Assembly (NCBI GenBank): GCA_964016885.1
Contig: OZ024751.1
Location: 8,804,001-8,868,000, forward strand
Reading direction: 5' to 3'
Source: Eledone cirrhosa
Lineage: Eukaryota
DNA length: 64,000 nt
Part shown: piece after piece, positions 26,440-39,572 of the stretch
How the letters are laid out: each line of letters opens with the position of its first letter
Numbering within the stretch: the stretch's first letter is position 1
The notes under the pieces: model-generated
Databases searched by the model: none
What the model was told of the DNA's origin: nothing
Seen by the model: only the letters and a program-made list of their open reading frames with translations
Made by a program: the position numbers and the translations under genes

Positions 26440-27975
26440 TAATAATAATAAATTTGAAGACTAAAATCCAAAGAGGGTTCGATAAGGATAAATATATATC
26501 AAATATATAAGAACCGTAGAGCAAATATTTATTAAAATAACAGATTAAAGTTTAAGCAAAGAATCGCTGCTTTCACCCTTAACGGGATCTTCTGAAACTA
26601 ACAAAGTCAATCTGTAAACGCAGAAGTGGATTTTTCAAAAAACGTTGCAACCGGAGGAAGACAGGAAGACGATACTTTGGTTCGTGGAAACGTTCGCTTG
26701 CAAAGAACGGGAAAAAACGAATATAATACGTCATTAATAGGAGCGGTGAAAAACAATTACGCGCAAAGACAGGACCACGTTTATGGTATAAAAGAGGTCG
26801 TAGACTAATGTTCTCTTAGGTGGTTCATAGAGACGTTCTCTGGCAATGAACGAAAAAAACGAAGATAATACGTCATATGTGGAGCGTGGAGAACAATAGC
26901 ACGGAAAGACAAAACCACGTAAATGGTACAGCAGAAGTCGTAGACTAAAATTCTAACTAGGAGACCGAGTGAATCTCCGCTACAAAGTTAAGAACAAAGT
27001 AAATAAATACAATACAGAAGTAATAGAAATAAATAAATACATACACGCAAACAAATACGTACATACACAAGCATACGCAAAACACTTACCATAGGTATAG
27101 AAAACCACGCACATATAAATATGTGTGTGTGTGTGTATGCGTGTATACAAATAAATAAATAATTAATTATATAAACGTATATAAATAAATAAATACGTAT
27201 ATAACAAGATAACACACATACCTACATGTAAATACACGAATGTTCGGAGACGTAAGTCAACCAAAACATGAAGTACACATATACACACACCCTACGTACG
27301 TACGAACCACCATACTCACACAGACGCAAAAGTCCCGTATACACAGAGCCAAACCATATATACCAGAATATATAAAATTATACGCCATAACATAAACAAT
27401 CAAATAAACGTACGAGAAGGTATACGTACCTTCACAAAACATACGGGTAATATATACTTAACTATGCAAATAAGTAATGGTATAAACAAAACATATACTT
27501 AGCTCCCACATCAAGACGTAAAATATCCACGTATAGCTCGTACTATCCGTTAGGGTATAACGTGGGGCTGTAATACAGGAAAGTTTTGTGCAATTTATGT
27601 TTACAAGCCGAAATCGCCTCAGATTTTTTGTTTAAGATGTGGTCCGTGGCGTAGAGTATTTCCAGGGCCTCAGCGGCGCAGATGTCACATGGTCTTTTAT
27701 TTCCGTTATACGATCTAGCCCTAGCTAGGATCTCCCAGTGTAACTTATATTGGGTGTGGTTGTCTTTTAGACTCCAGATATAAGCTGAAAGTGACTTCAT
27801 ATTCCTTCTTAGAGGGTAACGAAAAGAATGGGTATGCATGTAAAGACGCTGCTTGAATCTATTGGCGGTTAACCCTATGTAGGCCCTACGGGACGTGGGT
27901 GTTAGAACCTTACATTTGTAGACAATGTTACTAGAAAGCAGCGATTCTTTGCTTAAACTTTAATCTGTTATTTTA

Positions 27976-27985
<10 letters not shown>
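26440..27985 (-). mobile_element. 5'-truncated Penelope-like element with a short inverted terminal copy
   Basis: GIY-YIG remnant 27543-27930 (IVYKC..YIGLTANRFKQR..HSFRY..LSAYIWSLK). 27934-27982 is an inverted copy of ~26525-26574. Flanked by (TA)n. Confidence 0.85.
26549..26599 (-). ncRNA. Type I hammerhead motif with one core substitution
   Basis: AGTTT-CAGAAGA-TCCC(GTTAA)GGGT-GAA-AGCA[9 nt]TGCT-T-AAACT; U4 is changed to A. Confidence 0.7.
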
Positions 27986-28021
<36 letters not shown>

Positions 28022-28094
28022 ATATATATACACATATATATTATATATATATATATATATATACATATATATTATACATATATATATATATACA

Positions 28095-28158
<64 letters not shown>

Positions 28159-28228
28159 TATATACATATATATTATATATATATATATATAGAGACATAT
28201 ATATTATACATATAGACATATATATACA

Positions 28229-28295
<67 letters not shown>

Positions 28296-28397
28296 AAATT
28301 GAGGTTGGTAATGGCACATGGAATATATAAGAGACAGAATACTTTTTTGTGAAAAAACATATAATTTTATAAGGTAAGGAAATAATAAAGGGTATAA

Positions 28398-28445
28398 AAA
28401 ATGACCGGTTTCGATGGGTCTGCAAAAGCCATCTTTTCAAATGTT
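28398..28445 (-). ncRNA. Type I hammerhead, U3-A8 core
   Basis: AACAT-TTGAAAA-GATGG[11 nt]CCATC-GAAACCGGTC-ATTTT. Confidence 0.75.
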
Positions 28446-28985
28446 GATTAATATTAAGAAAAATTAATAATAAGGAGAGTTAAAATTTGAGATTTGAAAA
28501 TTCAAGTATAAAATTCATTGTAGTATTTCACAGTAGTTTTCATCTTGGTAGCAGCTCGGGTGCCTTTCTGGTAGTGAATGAGAAGTTATTTGGGGGTGTG
28601 TGTTATTTTATAAAGGTCAAATTTAGAAATGGCTAGATGGCCAGCTGCTGGTCAGTGAGGAGGTGGAAGCAATATACATACATATATCTTCCTGTGGTAG
28701 GTAGGAGAGGGGAGATTGATAGAAAGGGATTTAGTGCACTTACACCTATATATACACACATACCTTCATCCACACATACATACATATACATATACATACA
28801 CATACATATATATATATATATATATATCCATACATATACACACGTACATACACACACACATACATATATATACACACACACATACACCCACACATATATG
28901 CACATACACACACATATATATATATACACACACACACATATATATATATACATACACATACATCCAGATACACACATACATACAT

Positions 28986-29017
<32 letters not shown>

Positions 29018-29751
29018 GTGTACATACACATATATACACACATATACATACACATATATATACACCCCCCACACATACATACACACGCACACATATATAT
29101 ACACACATACACACATACAAACGCACACACACACACATATACACATACACACACATATATATACACACACACACACATATATATATATATACACATACGC
29201 ATACATCCAGATACACACATACATACACACACACACACACACACGCACACACAATACATACATCCACATGGACACACATACACACACACATATATACACA
29301 TACATACACCCACACAGAGAGAAATGGCCTCCAAAAATATATATATATACATACATACACATATATTTTTTCCATAATATAAGAAGTTAGGACAGTGAAA
29401 TTAAAATACAAGTCATTCTGATCACATTGAGTTCTTCATGTAGATTGGGCCCCGCAACCGACAGTGGTGAATTCTGTGTGCGCATATATATATAGATATA
29501 TGTGTGTGCACGTGCAGGGTTTAACATGGATGTGTTGGTCACACAAAGGCATGGTCTGTCAACGAATAAACCTGATTCTACAGAATTGGTCTCTGGTCTT
29601 TAATAGTAGTGATAATTATATGCATGCACACATACAAACACATATATCTGTCACTCCGTGCGTATGTGTGTTTATATTTTATGACAATTCTATTGGGGTG
29701 ATAAGCCGTTTAGTTTTGGTTTAAATTTGTTAAGGAATAGATTTTCTTTGT

Positions 29752-31422
29752 TTATTCTTTGTTGCTGTAGAAGGGGAAGATTTTAAAGTTGGGTAGTGTC
29801 ATTCCTGCGCAGTTCGCAATATGGCTGCTCAAGGGGATTTTTCTTGTGCTAGCGTCCCGGATTTGTTGGCGGTGGATGGTCATTCTTTTGCGTAATGCGG
29901 TGCCCGTCTGTCCTATGTAGTTGTGTTTGCACCCACCGCAAGTTATTGCGTAAATCAAGTTCTCCGAGTTGCAGGTGAAATTGTTTTTTACTGTAAATGT
30001 TTGGCCATCTTTAAATGTAAATGTTTGTCCTTCAGTGAGGTAGAGGCACGTTCCACAGTTTGTTCTACCACATTTGGTAACTGTAGGGTTGAGGATTGGT
30101 TTGGGTATATTTGGTCCAGTGAGAATGCGTTTTAGTGATTTGGGTTGTCTTTTACTTTTAAGGATCTTGTGTGTTTCAAGAATAGACTTCATTTTTACAT
30201 CTTTAAGTAGGATTGGGAGGTTTTTGTGTAGGTGATCAAACATTTCGATATTTCTGGGGTTGAAAGTGGATACATATGGCAGGGCGTTGAGTGTGGTTTT
30301 CTGTTTTGGATTGTTAAGTTGATGGGGATTTAGGTGTTTTGCCCTGTCTATTCCATTGTTGATTATTTCAAGTGGAAAGGCTCTTAAGATAAGGGTGTCT
30401 TTTAGTTCCTTTAGTCTTTGCTCCCGTTTAGGTGGATCTGATACTATGGTACATATACGTTTGGCCAAATTGTAAGGAATGTTAAGTTTTGTATGTTTTG
30501 GGTGACTTGATGTGAAAAAGAGGTATTGCTTGGAATCTGTGGGTTTATAGAATATATCTGTATCTAATTTCCCGTCTATTACAGAGATGAGAATATCCAA
30601 GAAGGCTATTTCCTTGGGATTGGATTCCATTGTGAATTGTATGTTATTATCTATGTTGTTTATCATGTTTTTAAACATAGTAAGTGAGTTCATGTCTTCT
30701 TGCCATAGGATAAAGCAGTCGTCTAGATATCTTTTCCAATTGGCTTTGAGGTGTGTGTGGAAAGAGTCTCCAAATAAGAGAAGGGACTGACTGTATATTT
30801 GTTGTTCATGGAATCCCATGACTAGGTTGGCATATGTGGGTGCTACTTTCGTGCCCATTGCCGTACCTGATACTTGTCTGTATGTTGAACCATTGAATGT
30901 GAAGTAGTTATTTTGTAGGATAAAGCGGAGTCCGTCAGTGATAAAATCTTTGTTGATGCGTGTCGGTATTTTTGATGGGTGTGTGTTAAGCCAGTATTGG
31001 ACTGCTGTTATTCCATAGTTGTGGGGTATGTTTGTGTAGAGGTTTATTACGTCAAAGGAGACAAGAATTGTATTTGCACTTACTGTTTTAGGGAGGTGTT
31101 TCAGCATGTCAAGGTCATCTCGTATGTAGCTCTGTATATGTTGTAGAAAGGGTTTCAGTAGGATGTCCAGAAAGTTGCTAAGTCTGTGGGTTTCACATGT
31201 AGGGCCTGCTATAATTGGCCTGAGTTTTAGGTCTTCTGGTGGTGTTAGTTCAATGTAATTGTTGGTTGAGGTGTCACATGCATCGTTTATGGGTTTACAT
31301 TTGTGGAGTTTCGGTAAGCCGTAAAAAGAGCTTGTATTGCATTTGAAGTGGCTTATATAGTTAAACTCTTTTGTGGTTAAGCTGTTGCGGTATTTATTCA
31401 GTAAGGTCAAAAGGTTCCCCAT
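29752..31422 (-). CDS. PLE reverse transcriptase plus GIY-YIG endonuclease (5'-truncated, 556 aa open)
   Basis: FYGLPKLHK, LRPII, SFDVINLYTNIP, GTAMGTKVAPTYANL, RYLDD, FLDI, YKPTD, C..C linker, LIYAITC..C..YIGQTG..RMTIHR. Confidence 0.92.
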   Translation of the reverse strand: MGNLLTLLNKYRNSLTTKEFNYISHFKCNTSSFYGLPKLHKCKPINDACDTSTNNYIELTPPEDLKLRPIIAGPTCETHRLSNFLDILLKPFLQHIQSYIRDDLDMLKHLPKTVSANTILVSFDVINLYTNIPHNYGITAVQYWLNTHPSKIPTRINKDFITDGLRFILQNNYFTFNGSTYRQVSGTAMGTKVAPTYANLVMGFHEQQIYSQSLLLFGDSFHTHLKANWKRYLDDCFILWQEDMNSLTMFKNMINNIDNNIQFTMESNPKEIAFLDILISVIDGKLDTDIFYKPTDSKQYLFFTSSHPKHTKLNIPYNLAKRICTIVSDPPKREQRLKELKDTLILRAFPLEIINNGIDRAKHLNPHQLNNPKQKTTLNALPYVSTFNPRNIEMFDHLHKNLPILLKDVKMKSILETHKILKSKRQPKSLKRILTGPNIPKPILNPTVTKCGRTNCGTCLYLTEGQTFTFKDGQTFTVKNNFTCNSENLIYAITCGGCKHNYIGQTGTALRKRMTIHRQQIRDASTRKIPLSSHIANCAGMTLPNFKIFPFYSNKE

Positions 31423-31630
31423 TGTTTTGGTGTGTTTGTAGTTTTCTGTTTTTTTATAGTATGTGTTGTTTTCTAAAATGTTAAGTGCGAGGGTCCTATT
31501 GTAGACAGAAAAGCACCCGAGCTGCTACCAAGATGAAAACTACTGTGAAAACCCACAATGAATTTTATACTTGAATTTTCAAATCTCAAATTTTAACTCT
31601 TCTTATTATTAATTTTTCTTAATATTAATC

Positions 31631-31678
31631 AACATTTGAAAAGATGGCTTTTGCAGACCCATCGAAACCGGTCATTTT
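31631..31678 (+). ncRNA. Type I hammerhead, U3-A8 core (inverted copy)
   Basis: Same motif as 28398-28445 on the opposite strand. Confidence 0.75.
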
Positions 31679-31816
31679 TTATACCCTTTATTATTTCCTT
31701 ACCTTATAAAATTATATGTTTTATCACAAAAAAGTATTCTGTCTCTTATATATTCCATGTGCCATTACCAACCTCAATTTTCTCTATAACCTTCGTTTTG
31801 TGTAGTAAATTACACT

Positions 31817-31855
<39 letters not shown>

Positions 31856-32047
31856 GGTATGTTGGTTCACCACCGGATAGAATCGGTCATTCCGTATGGT
31901 CAATCTTGATGCAATATTATGAAAAGTACTCAACGTAGTGCAGTTCACCCGTCTTCGTTTGTGTAGTTGGTGGTACAAATACGTAGTTAATTATTATGAA
32001 TAAAATAATAGGAGGCTGGACTGGTGTAGATCCTTGAAAATTATATT

Positions 32048-32105
32048 ATACTATGATCATTTCGATGACCGGGTTCCGTATGAATCCGGTGATATTATCA
32101 GGTAT
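32048..32105 (-). ncRNA. Hammerhead motif, G8 changed to A
   Basis: ATAC-CTGATAA-..ACCGG..CCGGT..C-GAAATGATCATA-GTAT. Confidence 0.65.
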
Positions 32106-32302
32106 TCGAAATATAACAAAGAAATATATAAAAATCCATGAGTCCGAAAATCAGAGACAGAGAGGACGTCTGACCAACTAGCTGTTTTCACCTCGGTCAG
32201 TCGCCCACAAGTGACGGCTATTCGGTCTACTAATGACTATCTGGTGAAGGGGCGAAGGCTTATAGTGTACTACCACCTCTCCGTCAGAGAATTTAAAAAA
32301 TA

Positions 32303-32363
<61 letters not shown>

Positions 32364-32894
32364 AGATAAGTCAGCGTAAGGGTCACACTCCAGTCAGGCA
32401 AGAAAACGCCGCGAAAAATGTTATTCCAAAGAACATGTATTTTAACAATGGCATATATAATGGGTGTCTGTATGGTCAAATAGGTGAACAGAAAATTGGA
32501 ACGTTAACTTATGTTAACAGTTAAAGGATGAAATGAAATTAAAAGTTAAAAAAATTATGAGTTAAAAGAAATTTTTAAAAATAATTAGAAAATTAATAGA
32601 AAATTAAAGGTTTGTGTTGCGGAATTTATTTAATGAAACTACAGAGAGAGTCTTATATGAAAAAGTTTCTAATTGTTTTTTTTAAATTTCTTTTAACTCT
32701 TAATTTTTTAAACTTTTAATTTCATTTCATCTTTTAACTGTTAACATACGTTAACGTTCCAATTTTCTGTTCACATATTTGACCATACAGACACCCATTA
32801 TATATGCCTTTGTTAAAATACATGTTCTTTGGAATAACATTTTTCGAGGCGTTTTCTTGCCTGACTGGAGTGTGACCCTTACGCTGACTTTTCT

Positions 32895-32967
<73 letters not shown>

Positions 32968-33163
32968 TCTTTTTTTATTCTCTGACGGAGAGGTGGTAGT
33001 ACACTTTAAGCCTTCGCCCCTTCACCATATGGTCATTAGTAGACCGAATAGCCATCACTTGAGGGCGACTGACTGAGGTGAAAACAGCTAGTTGGTTAGT
33101 CGTTCTCTTTGTCTCTGATTTTCGGACCCATGGATTTTTATATATTCCTTTGTTATATTTCGA

Positions 33164-33221
33164 ATACCTGATGATATCACCGGATTCATACGGAACCCGG
33201 TCATTGAAATGATCATAGTAT
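33164..33221 (+). ncRNA. Type I hammerhead, canonical core
   Basis: ATAC-CTGATGA-TATCACCGGATTC..GAACCCGGTCATT-GAAATGATCATA-GTAT; palindromic stem III ATGATCAT, AUA site. Confidence 0.8.
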
Positions 33222-33556
33222 AATAAACTTTTCAATGATTTACTGGTGTAAATCCAGCCTCCTGTTATTTTATTCAAAATTATATATTTATAAAAGAAAA
33301 AAATGAAAATAAATTTCATTTCCCACTCTTAGTACGGCTGTTACTTAAATATAAGTATGTACACGTACATACATATATGTATACAGACGTACAGTAGTAT
33401 CTATATATATATATACATACATGCACACATATGTATATACGTTTGGATTCACCGAACATTTAATATTATGCTCGGTGTGTTTGTAAACAGACATCCCGTA
33501 TTAAGCCGTAGTGTCTAGCAACCATATTTGCTCGTTTGTTCAACACTGACAAAGGA

Positions 33557-33599
33557 ACGCTGTACTAGTTTCAAGCTTATTGGCTATCGTCAGCAACGT
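33557..33599 (-). ncRNA. Minimal type I hammerhead, canonical core
   Basis: ACGTTG-CTGACGA-TAGC(CAATAA)GCTT-GAAACTAGTA-CAGCGT; palindromic ACTAGT. Confidence 0.8.
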
Positions 33600-33822
33600 A
33601 TACCTTCCTGCCAGATTGTTGAACGTATATACTTACCTTATGCATATTAACGGCTGAGTAGCCCAATTTGCATATCGAGTGGGTTAATCGGCCGTTACTT
33701 AAATATAAGTATGTACACCTACATACATATATGTATACAGATGTACATATATATATGTGTGCATGTATGTATAAATATATATAAACATACTACTGTACGT
33801 CTGTATACATATATGTATGTAC

Positions 33823-33887
<65 letters not shown>

Positions 33888-34209
33888 TAGATTAGAACCT
33901 TACATGTTTTAAACTAGAAAGACTGTTATTCAATTTTAGGGATTAGCTATCGAAACAGCAAGAGTTCGGTCCTCGAGCCCCGACTCTCTCTATTATATAT
34001 ATATATTAATACAATACTGAAATTGACTGATATTTGAATAATTAGTTTTGCAGTACAAAACCAAATTTCACTAGCAAGAAGCCAGATTGAGGAATTTATT
34101 GTAATCTATACGGAACGGTGCTGTATAGTGTCACTCGATAATTGTATAATATTGATTTCAGTTTAAAGGTAAGTTTAAACGTAAGTGATATTTGACAGTT
34201 TGAGTAATG

Positions 34210-34274
<65 letters not shown>

Positions 34275-34428
34275 GAGAGAGAGGAATATAGAGAGAAAGT
34301 ATGGTAAGGAACCAGGTGCAACATAACGTACCAGAGTACCCGACACTTAGGGTAGTAGAGTGGGTAATAGGAAAAGCGTCAGGGCCCTGCGTCCTGACTC
34401 TTTTCCGATATATATATCTATCTATCTA

Positions 34429-34486
<58 letters not shown>

Positions 34487-34902
34487 CTGAACAAAAAAAG
34501 AAAAACGATCACAGACATTTACATATATGTGTTCAAATCGTAATGGACCAGAATCGCTAAGGTGAAACAAATACTAACTACAGACAATATGGTTTGTCAG
34601 ACTCAATTTAAGAATAAATCAAGAAAAATAAATACAAAGTTGTTAGCTGTCGAGACACTGCATCCTTTAAGGCCCCCATGCTTCCCGAGATCCGCCAACA
34701 CTACAGTTAATGTTCCCCCTCCATACACATACACACCTGCATACCATGACTCATACACTCTTCACTTCCCTGACATTTGTGTATTATTCTATGTACTATA
34801 CATACACCTTTGACGAGTTGTAGTGCACCTGAGCACTTTACACAATAATTTCATTATTATTATTATTATTATTATTAAACCATAATTGTGGCAACAACCG
34901 AA

Positions 34903-34986
34903 CACCCGGACAGTTTTGATAAAAACTTTTTTTCGCAATATTATTTGTGAAAAGTATTTCCAAAGTCCTAAGCTCATCAGCGGGTG
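34903..34986 (-). ncRNA. Type I hammerhead motif, stem III partly disrupted
   Basis: CACCCG-CTGATGA-GC[35 nt]GC-GAAAAAAAGTTTT(TATC)AAAACTGTC-CGGGTG. Confidence 0.7.
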
Positions 34987-36699
34987 AAGAAATTAGAAAC
35001 CTTATCACTTCTAAATCTAATTAGAAACTGGATAATGTGTGTATATACATGCCTTGATATATATACATATATATATGCGCGCGTTTGTGTATGTGTGTGC
35101 TTGCGCGCGCGTGTGTGTGTGTGCATGTGTGTGTGTCATTTACCTGATAATTTCTTACTACTGAAAAATTGCTTGTCCTGTATGAGTGAAGCTTTTTATG
35201 TTCTAAATAAAATAATTCACTTACGTGGGAGTAGATTTTATATATCATTTCCGTCGTTGTATTGTTGAGGTTGCCTCTTTAATAATAGATGAGACCGTTT
35301 ACCTCTGGCTGTAATAGATTAGGACGCTTACCAAAATGCCAGCTTGCAGTTCTTCTGGGAATGTGAAATGTCAGGTTTCTTTAATCCACCACATTCCCGT
35401 TTACAGTGTGACACAATAGTAATTTCCTTGCTTCATTTAGCTTTCAATCGAATCCCTAATTTCGCATCGAAAGCCAACTCTGCAAAACAATGCACGCTTG
35501 CTAAAGTTTGTATAGCTCATATTTTGTACAAACATCTGTTGGTCACTTTCAGACAAACTGAATCTCAAATTAGTGTCATAATGAGATGAAATAAATATAT
35601 ATCTCCAGATGTGTGTTCTAACATTGCTTTACATTGTGATTCTGGCCAACTGTTCTGGAATATTTACAGGAAAAAATACATGGAAAATTACACGCTACAT
35701 TTTGTAGAAAATCCTCGAAACTAACACGCCTAACATAGATGATTTACCCACCTTCTGCATCATATCGAGTAAGGAAGAGGGATTGTGTTACATTCAAGCA
35801 TACACTTTACGGTGCACTTTTACGGGAGTGATATTGTTTCATGTAAGAGAAGGAATTGGAAAAGCTGAAGTTACAGCAGAGGATACCACACCAACTGCCA
35901 AGGAATATGTTTCAACATGAAACGACTTGGTTTTGTATCAAACTTCCTAATGACACAATCATGTCTGCGCCTTTGTGTAAAATTTCTAATGGAATTTTGG
36001 TGTGGCCATATTATTTACATTTCACGTATTTAAATAATTCATGATGTGAATTGGAAAACATAAATCGGAGACATTAAATTTTAAAAGGTTTTTATCATTA
36101 ACTAAGGCGCTAAGAAAAAACAAAACAAAACCAACATGACTACTAAGATGTCTTTGCTTCATGTCCAGATATTACGGCCATGGAAAAGGACATGAGCTAA
36201 GTTAACTTTCAGCATGAACCAAAAAAACGAATATTTGAAATGACCCATATCTTATAATTTTATACTAATGCATATTAAAACCAAAAAGTGTGAAAATCTC
36301 AAAATTAATGGAAAAAACAAAGAATACTAGAGAAGCAGAGATGGTAAGAGGTTTAATTTTTGCTTTCATATTGGCTGTTGTTTATTTATTATTTGAATTA
36401 AACACGCCTGTACATTATATTTGAAAATAGTGATGTTTAATCATTAGACATTGGTATTCCTATGAAATATTAATTCAGTGTGTTGCTAATGGCAAATGTG
36501 TTCTGTTACTCTTAGTAGCAAATTATCATCTGTACGTTGAATCAATTTACGATGACAGCAATTCGTATCAATATTAAAAATATGTATGTATGTTCTTCTG
36601 GTTTTAGAATTTCACAAAGTTTTACCAATAGAGAGAGAGTCGGTTTCTAACATAGACACAAGACTCTCTCATTGGAATTCACATAACATCAACTAGGTA

Positions 36700-37765
36700 G
36701 ATATGTATGTATGCATGTATAGATATGGATGTTATTGTATGTGTGGATGTGTATCTTTTGAGTTGTATGTGTGTATGTTTGTATGTGTATATGCTTTGCA
36801 TCTGTACATGTGTATATGCAGTTATTAGATGCAAAATGTTTGGAATGTTTTACATATTTTTACTGTTCCATTAATGGATTGTACTTGTAATTTCCTAACT
36901 AGTTGTGTTCTTTCTGTTCTTACCAAGCCTAGCTTCTCAAGATTTGTATTGAGGCAGTTACTAACACACCCCATTGCCTCAATAATCACACGCATAAATC
37001 TGAAGGTGTAATCAGGATGGAGTATCTGCAAATTTCTCATCAGTTCTGCATAAATATTCTCCTTTTCACTAATCTTTGATATTATATTGGCATCTGCTGG
37101 GCAGCTAATTTCCACTACTGTGCATGCTTTCTTCTCCCTGTCCCATATCATATTATCTGGTCAGTTATGCCTGCATTTTATTGGGCTTTTTACTGGAACA
37201 TTCCACCAGTACTCTTTCATATTATGTACATGTATGTCTTCCACTTTGCTGTAGCTTTTAATGTGTTTATTATCGGGGCTATCTTTTTTACGAACTGTAT
37301 TGTGCAGTGTTTTGGCCACTACATCATGCCTCACAGGTAGATAGTACCGCGATGACATCTTTGGGCAGCTGCTGATGACATGGGTGATATCCTCGATGTT
37401 AGTTCTGCAGAGTCTGCACTTGTTATCACATCTAGGTATTTTGCCTGCATCCCTATCTCTTTTGTGAATCAGGTATTTCGTGTTAATATCCTGTTCTTGG
37501 ATTGCAAAAGCGTATCCTTCAAAGTGGGAGCCAATATAGCGGTTGTTGGTCGAAGATAGACTACTTTCCTTATCTATATTACTCTCACTCTGGAGCTTCG
37601 TAGATGTTGTCGGAGATATATGATGCGACATTCAAATGTTGTCTGGACTGATGTTAGGCCTCTGCCTCCCTGCTTACGTTTCGAGTAAAGGCGGTCTATG
37701 TCACTATTGATGTGGACGTTTCCGGTGTTGTTTAGTATTTTTCGAGTTCCAACATCAACTGCTCA
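36700..37765 (-). mobile_element. Internally deleted 3' fragment of an R4/Dong-like RLE element
   Basis: TRKIL..HINSDIDRLY..GGRGL (~37600-37750), AIQEQ..CRLC..EDITHVISSC..RHD (37161-37560), PD..VVEISCPAD (36825-37160). Confidence 0.87.
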
Positions 37766-37771
37766 TGTATG

Positions 37772-37802
<31 letters not shown>

Positions 37803-37854
37803 CTAGGGTTTTGTGATGTGTATATATTTGGCACACTGTATGTATTTACATAGT

Positions 37855-38005
37855 CGGCGAATTGGCAGACTCGTTACAACGTCAGATAGTTTGTTTTATG
37901 GTATTCGTTCTGGTTCCCTGCCCTCAGAGTTCAAATCCTGCCGATGTCAACTTTACCTTTCATCCTTTCGAGGTCGATAAAAAAACAGTCTAGTACTCAA
38001 GTCGA
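37855..38005 (+). mobile_element. tRNA-derived SINE, diverged
   Basis: GGCGAATTGGCAG..GAGTTCAAATCC..CTTTCATCCTTTCGAGGTCGATAAA. Confidence 0.75.
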
Positions 38006-39199
38006 TTCTTCTTCTATATCTCTTTCTCATTTCCTCTCTCTCACTTTCTATCTTTCTCTGGAAGAAATCTGCTGTTCTCAGGCCTGAAGAGGGATGGACT
38101 CTACCAGGCTTAAATGCCCAAGAAACGCCGTATGTCAATATAGCGCCCCTACGACTCTCTCAGGAGTTACGGGACCATACACAATACAAAATATTTCAAT
38201 TGTTTCTAATAGGATATATGGGATTTATTTGTAGTGGGGATAAATATCGTTTCTTAGATGTATACGATTTTTAGACAATTTCTAATTTCTAAATAAAATC
38301 TGCCGTCTTGCTGTGAAATATATGAAATACAGTGTAAATAAGTTACTATATTTTTGGTTTCCCCTCTATCTTATTAATGACATTTGCAATATTTAGTTCG
38401 GTTCATTCTGCTTGGAGCATTTTGTAGAACTGCAATATAGTATGTTCCTTTCATCTCATATATGGAAATAATGTCGCTCATTCGTATTATCTTTGTTCTT
38501 CATATACATATTACATTTGGGAAATGTATCATCTATCTCTTTATTTGTAACCATTTATTTATTCCCTAATAATTATTCACTATTTCAATTATTAATTATT
38601 TATTGAATGGCTGCTTTGTTGTCTGCGTTTATTAATTTCATCAGTCTACTTAGATTGAAAATCTTGTGCCGTATTTCAAAACTACAACATATATCGTGAT
38701 GACAGAGCTATACATATTTACAGTCTGCAACAATATTTTCCAGCTGTACCTTTTAAATACTGTACAATCTAATGTCATCTAGAGAGACTATGTGTTTATC
38801 ATCGTTTCAGTCGCCATATTGACTCTTTCTTTTATGAATGTATATTTTAACGAGGTGATGTATGTCACACCGAGAAATATGTGTTTAAGTTGTTACTTTA
38901 GTTATATGCAATAGTTACCAGTATTTGACGTCATATAATGTTGCTGATGACAATTATTTCTGTACAAACTGTAGTAGTGTAGCAATAGTGTGGAAATAAT
39001 TGTAGAAATGTGTGCTATAATACGTGTGGGAGATGATGTCGAATTGACCACTATGCTACCATATTACCTTCTATAAAAATTATCATCCAAATATATTTAA
39101 TATTTTAACACTCCGTCTAAATAGATGTATTCTGTAACTAGGTATGTGTATACGGGATCCTTCATAGCATAATAGAGATGTGGAGTGGTTTTTGATTTA

Positions 39200-39572
39200 G
39201 TCATAAGGCCAACGATAATAAGGAGGGGAAAGTCTATTAAATCGATTAAGAACGTTACTGGTACTTTATTTTGATGAAAGGCAAAGCTAACCTCGGTGCT
39301 ATTTGAAATCAGAATGTAAAGTTCCGTAACTATATGCCGCAAAGTATAAGGTCCGATGCTCTAACGATATTGCCAATCGACTACCCTGAACAATATTAAT
39401 AATTGTCTGTACTTTTGGCACAAGGACGGTAATTACCCCAGTTTTCTTTATTGACCCCGTCAGGATGAAAGGCAAAGTTAACCTCGGCGGGATTAGAGCT
39501 CAGAGCGTAAAGGGCCATAATTCTATGCTGCAAAGCATTGTGTCTGACTCTCTATGGATATTGCCAATCAAC
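39200..39572 (-). mobile_element. Two tandem SINE copies
   Basis: Reverse-complement SINE cores at ~39200-39385 and ~39400-39572. Confidence 0.78.

Larger units (their letters stand above)
28295..31820 (-). mobile_element. Penelope-like element (Neptune-type) with inverted terminal repeats
   Basis: RT plus GIY-YIG ORF. 28295-28570 and 31507-31785 are near-identical inverted copies. Flanked by (TA)/(AG)n and (TA)n. Confidence 0.93.
31992..33280. repeat. ~1.3-kb non-coding fold-back (arms ~600 bp, spacer ~75 bp)
   Basis: 31992-32592 and 32666-33280 are reverse complements, including the (AAAG)n/(CTTT)n tracts. Confidence 0.92.

Noticed and set aside
26700-26955. ~110-bp diverged duplication (similar ones at 42950-43220 and 43225-43520)
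   Set aside because: Ordinary tandem duplications inside PLE 3' UTRs.
38081-38136. CTGAAGA-GGG..CCC-AAGAAAC hammerhead-like motif
   Set aside because: Extra bases before GAAA and no convincing stem I; at best a decayed copy.
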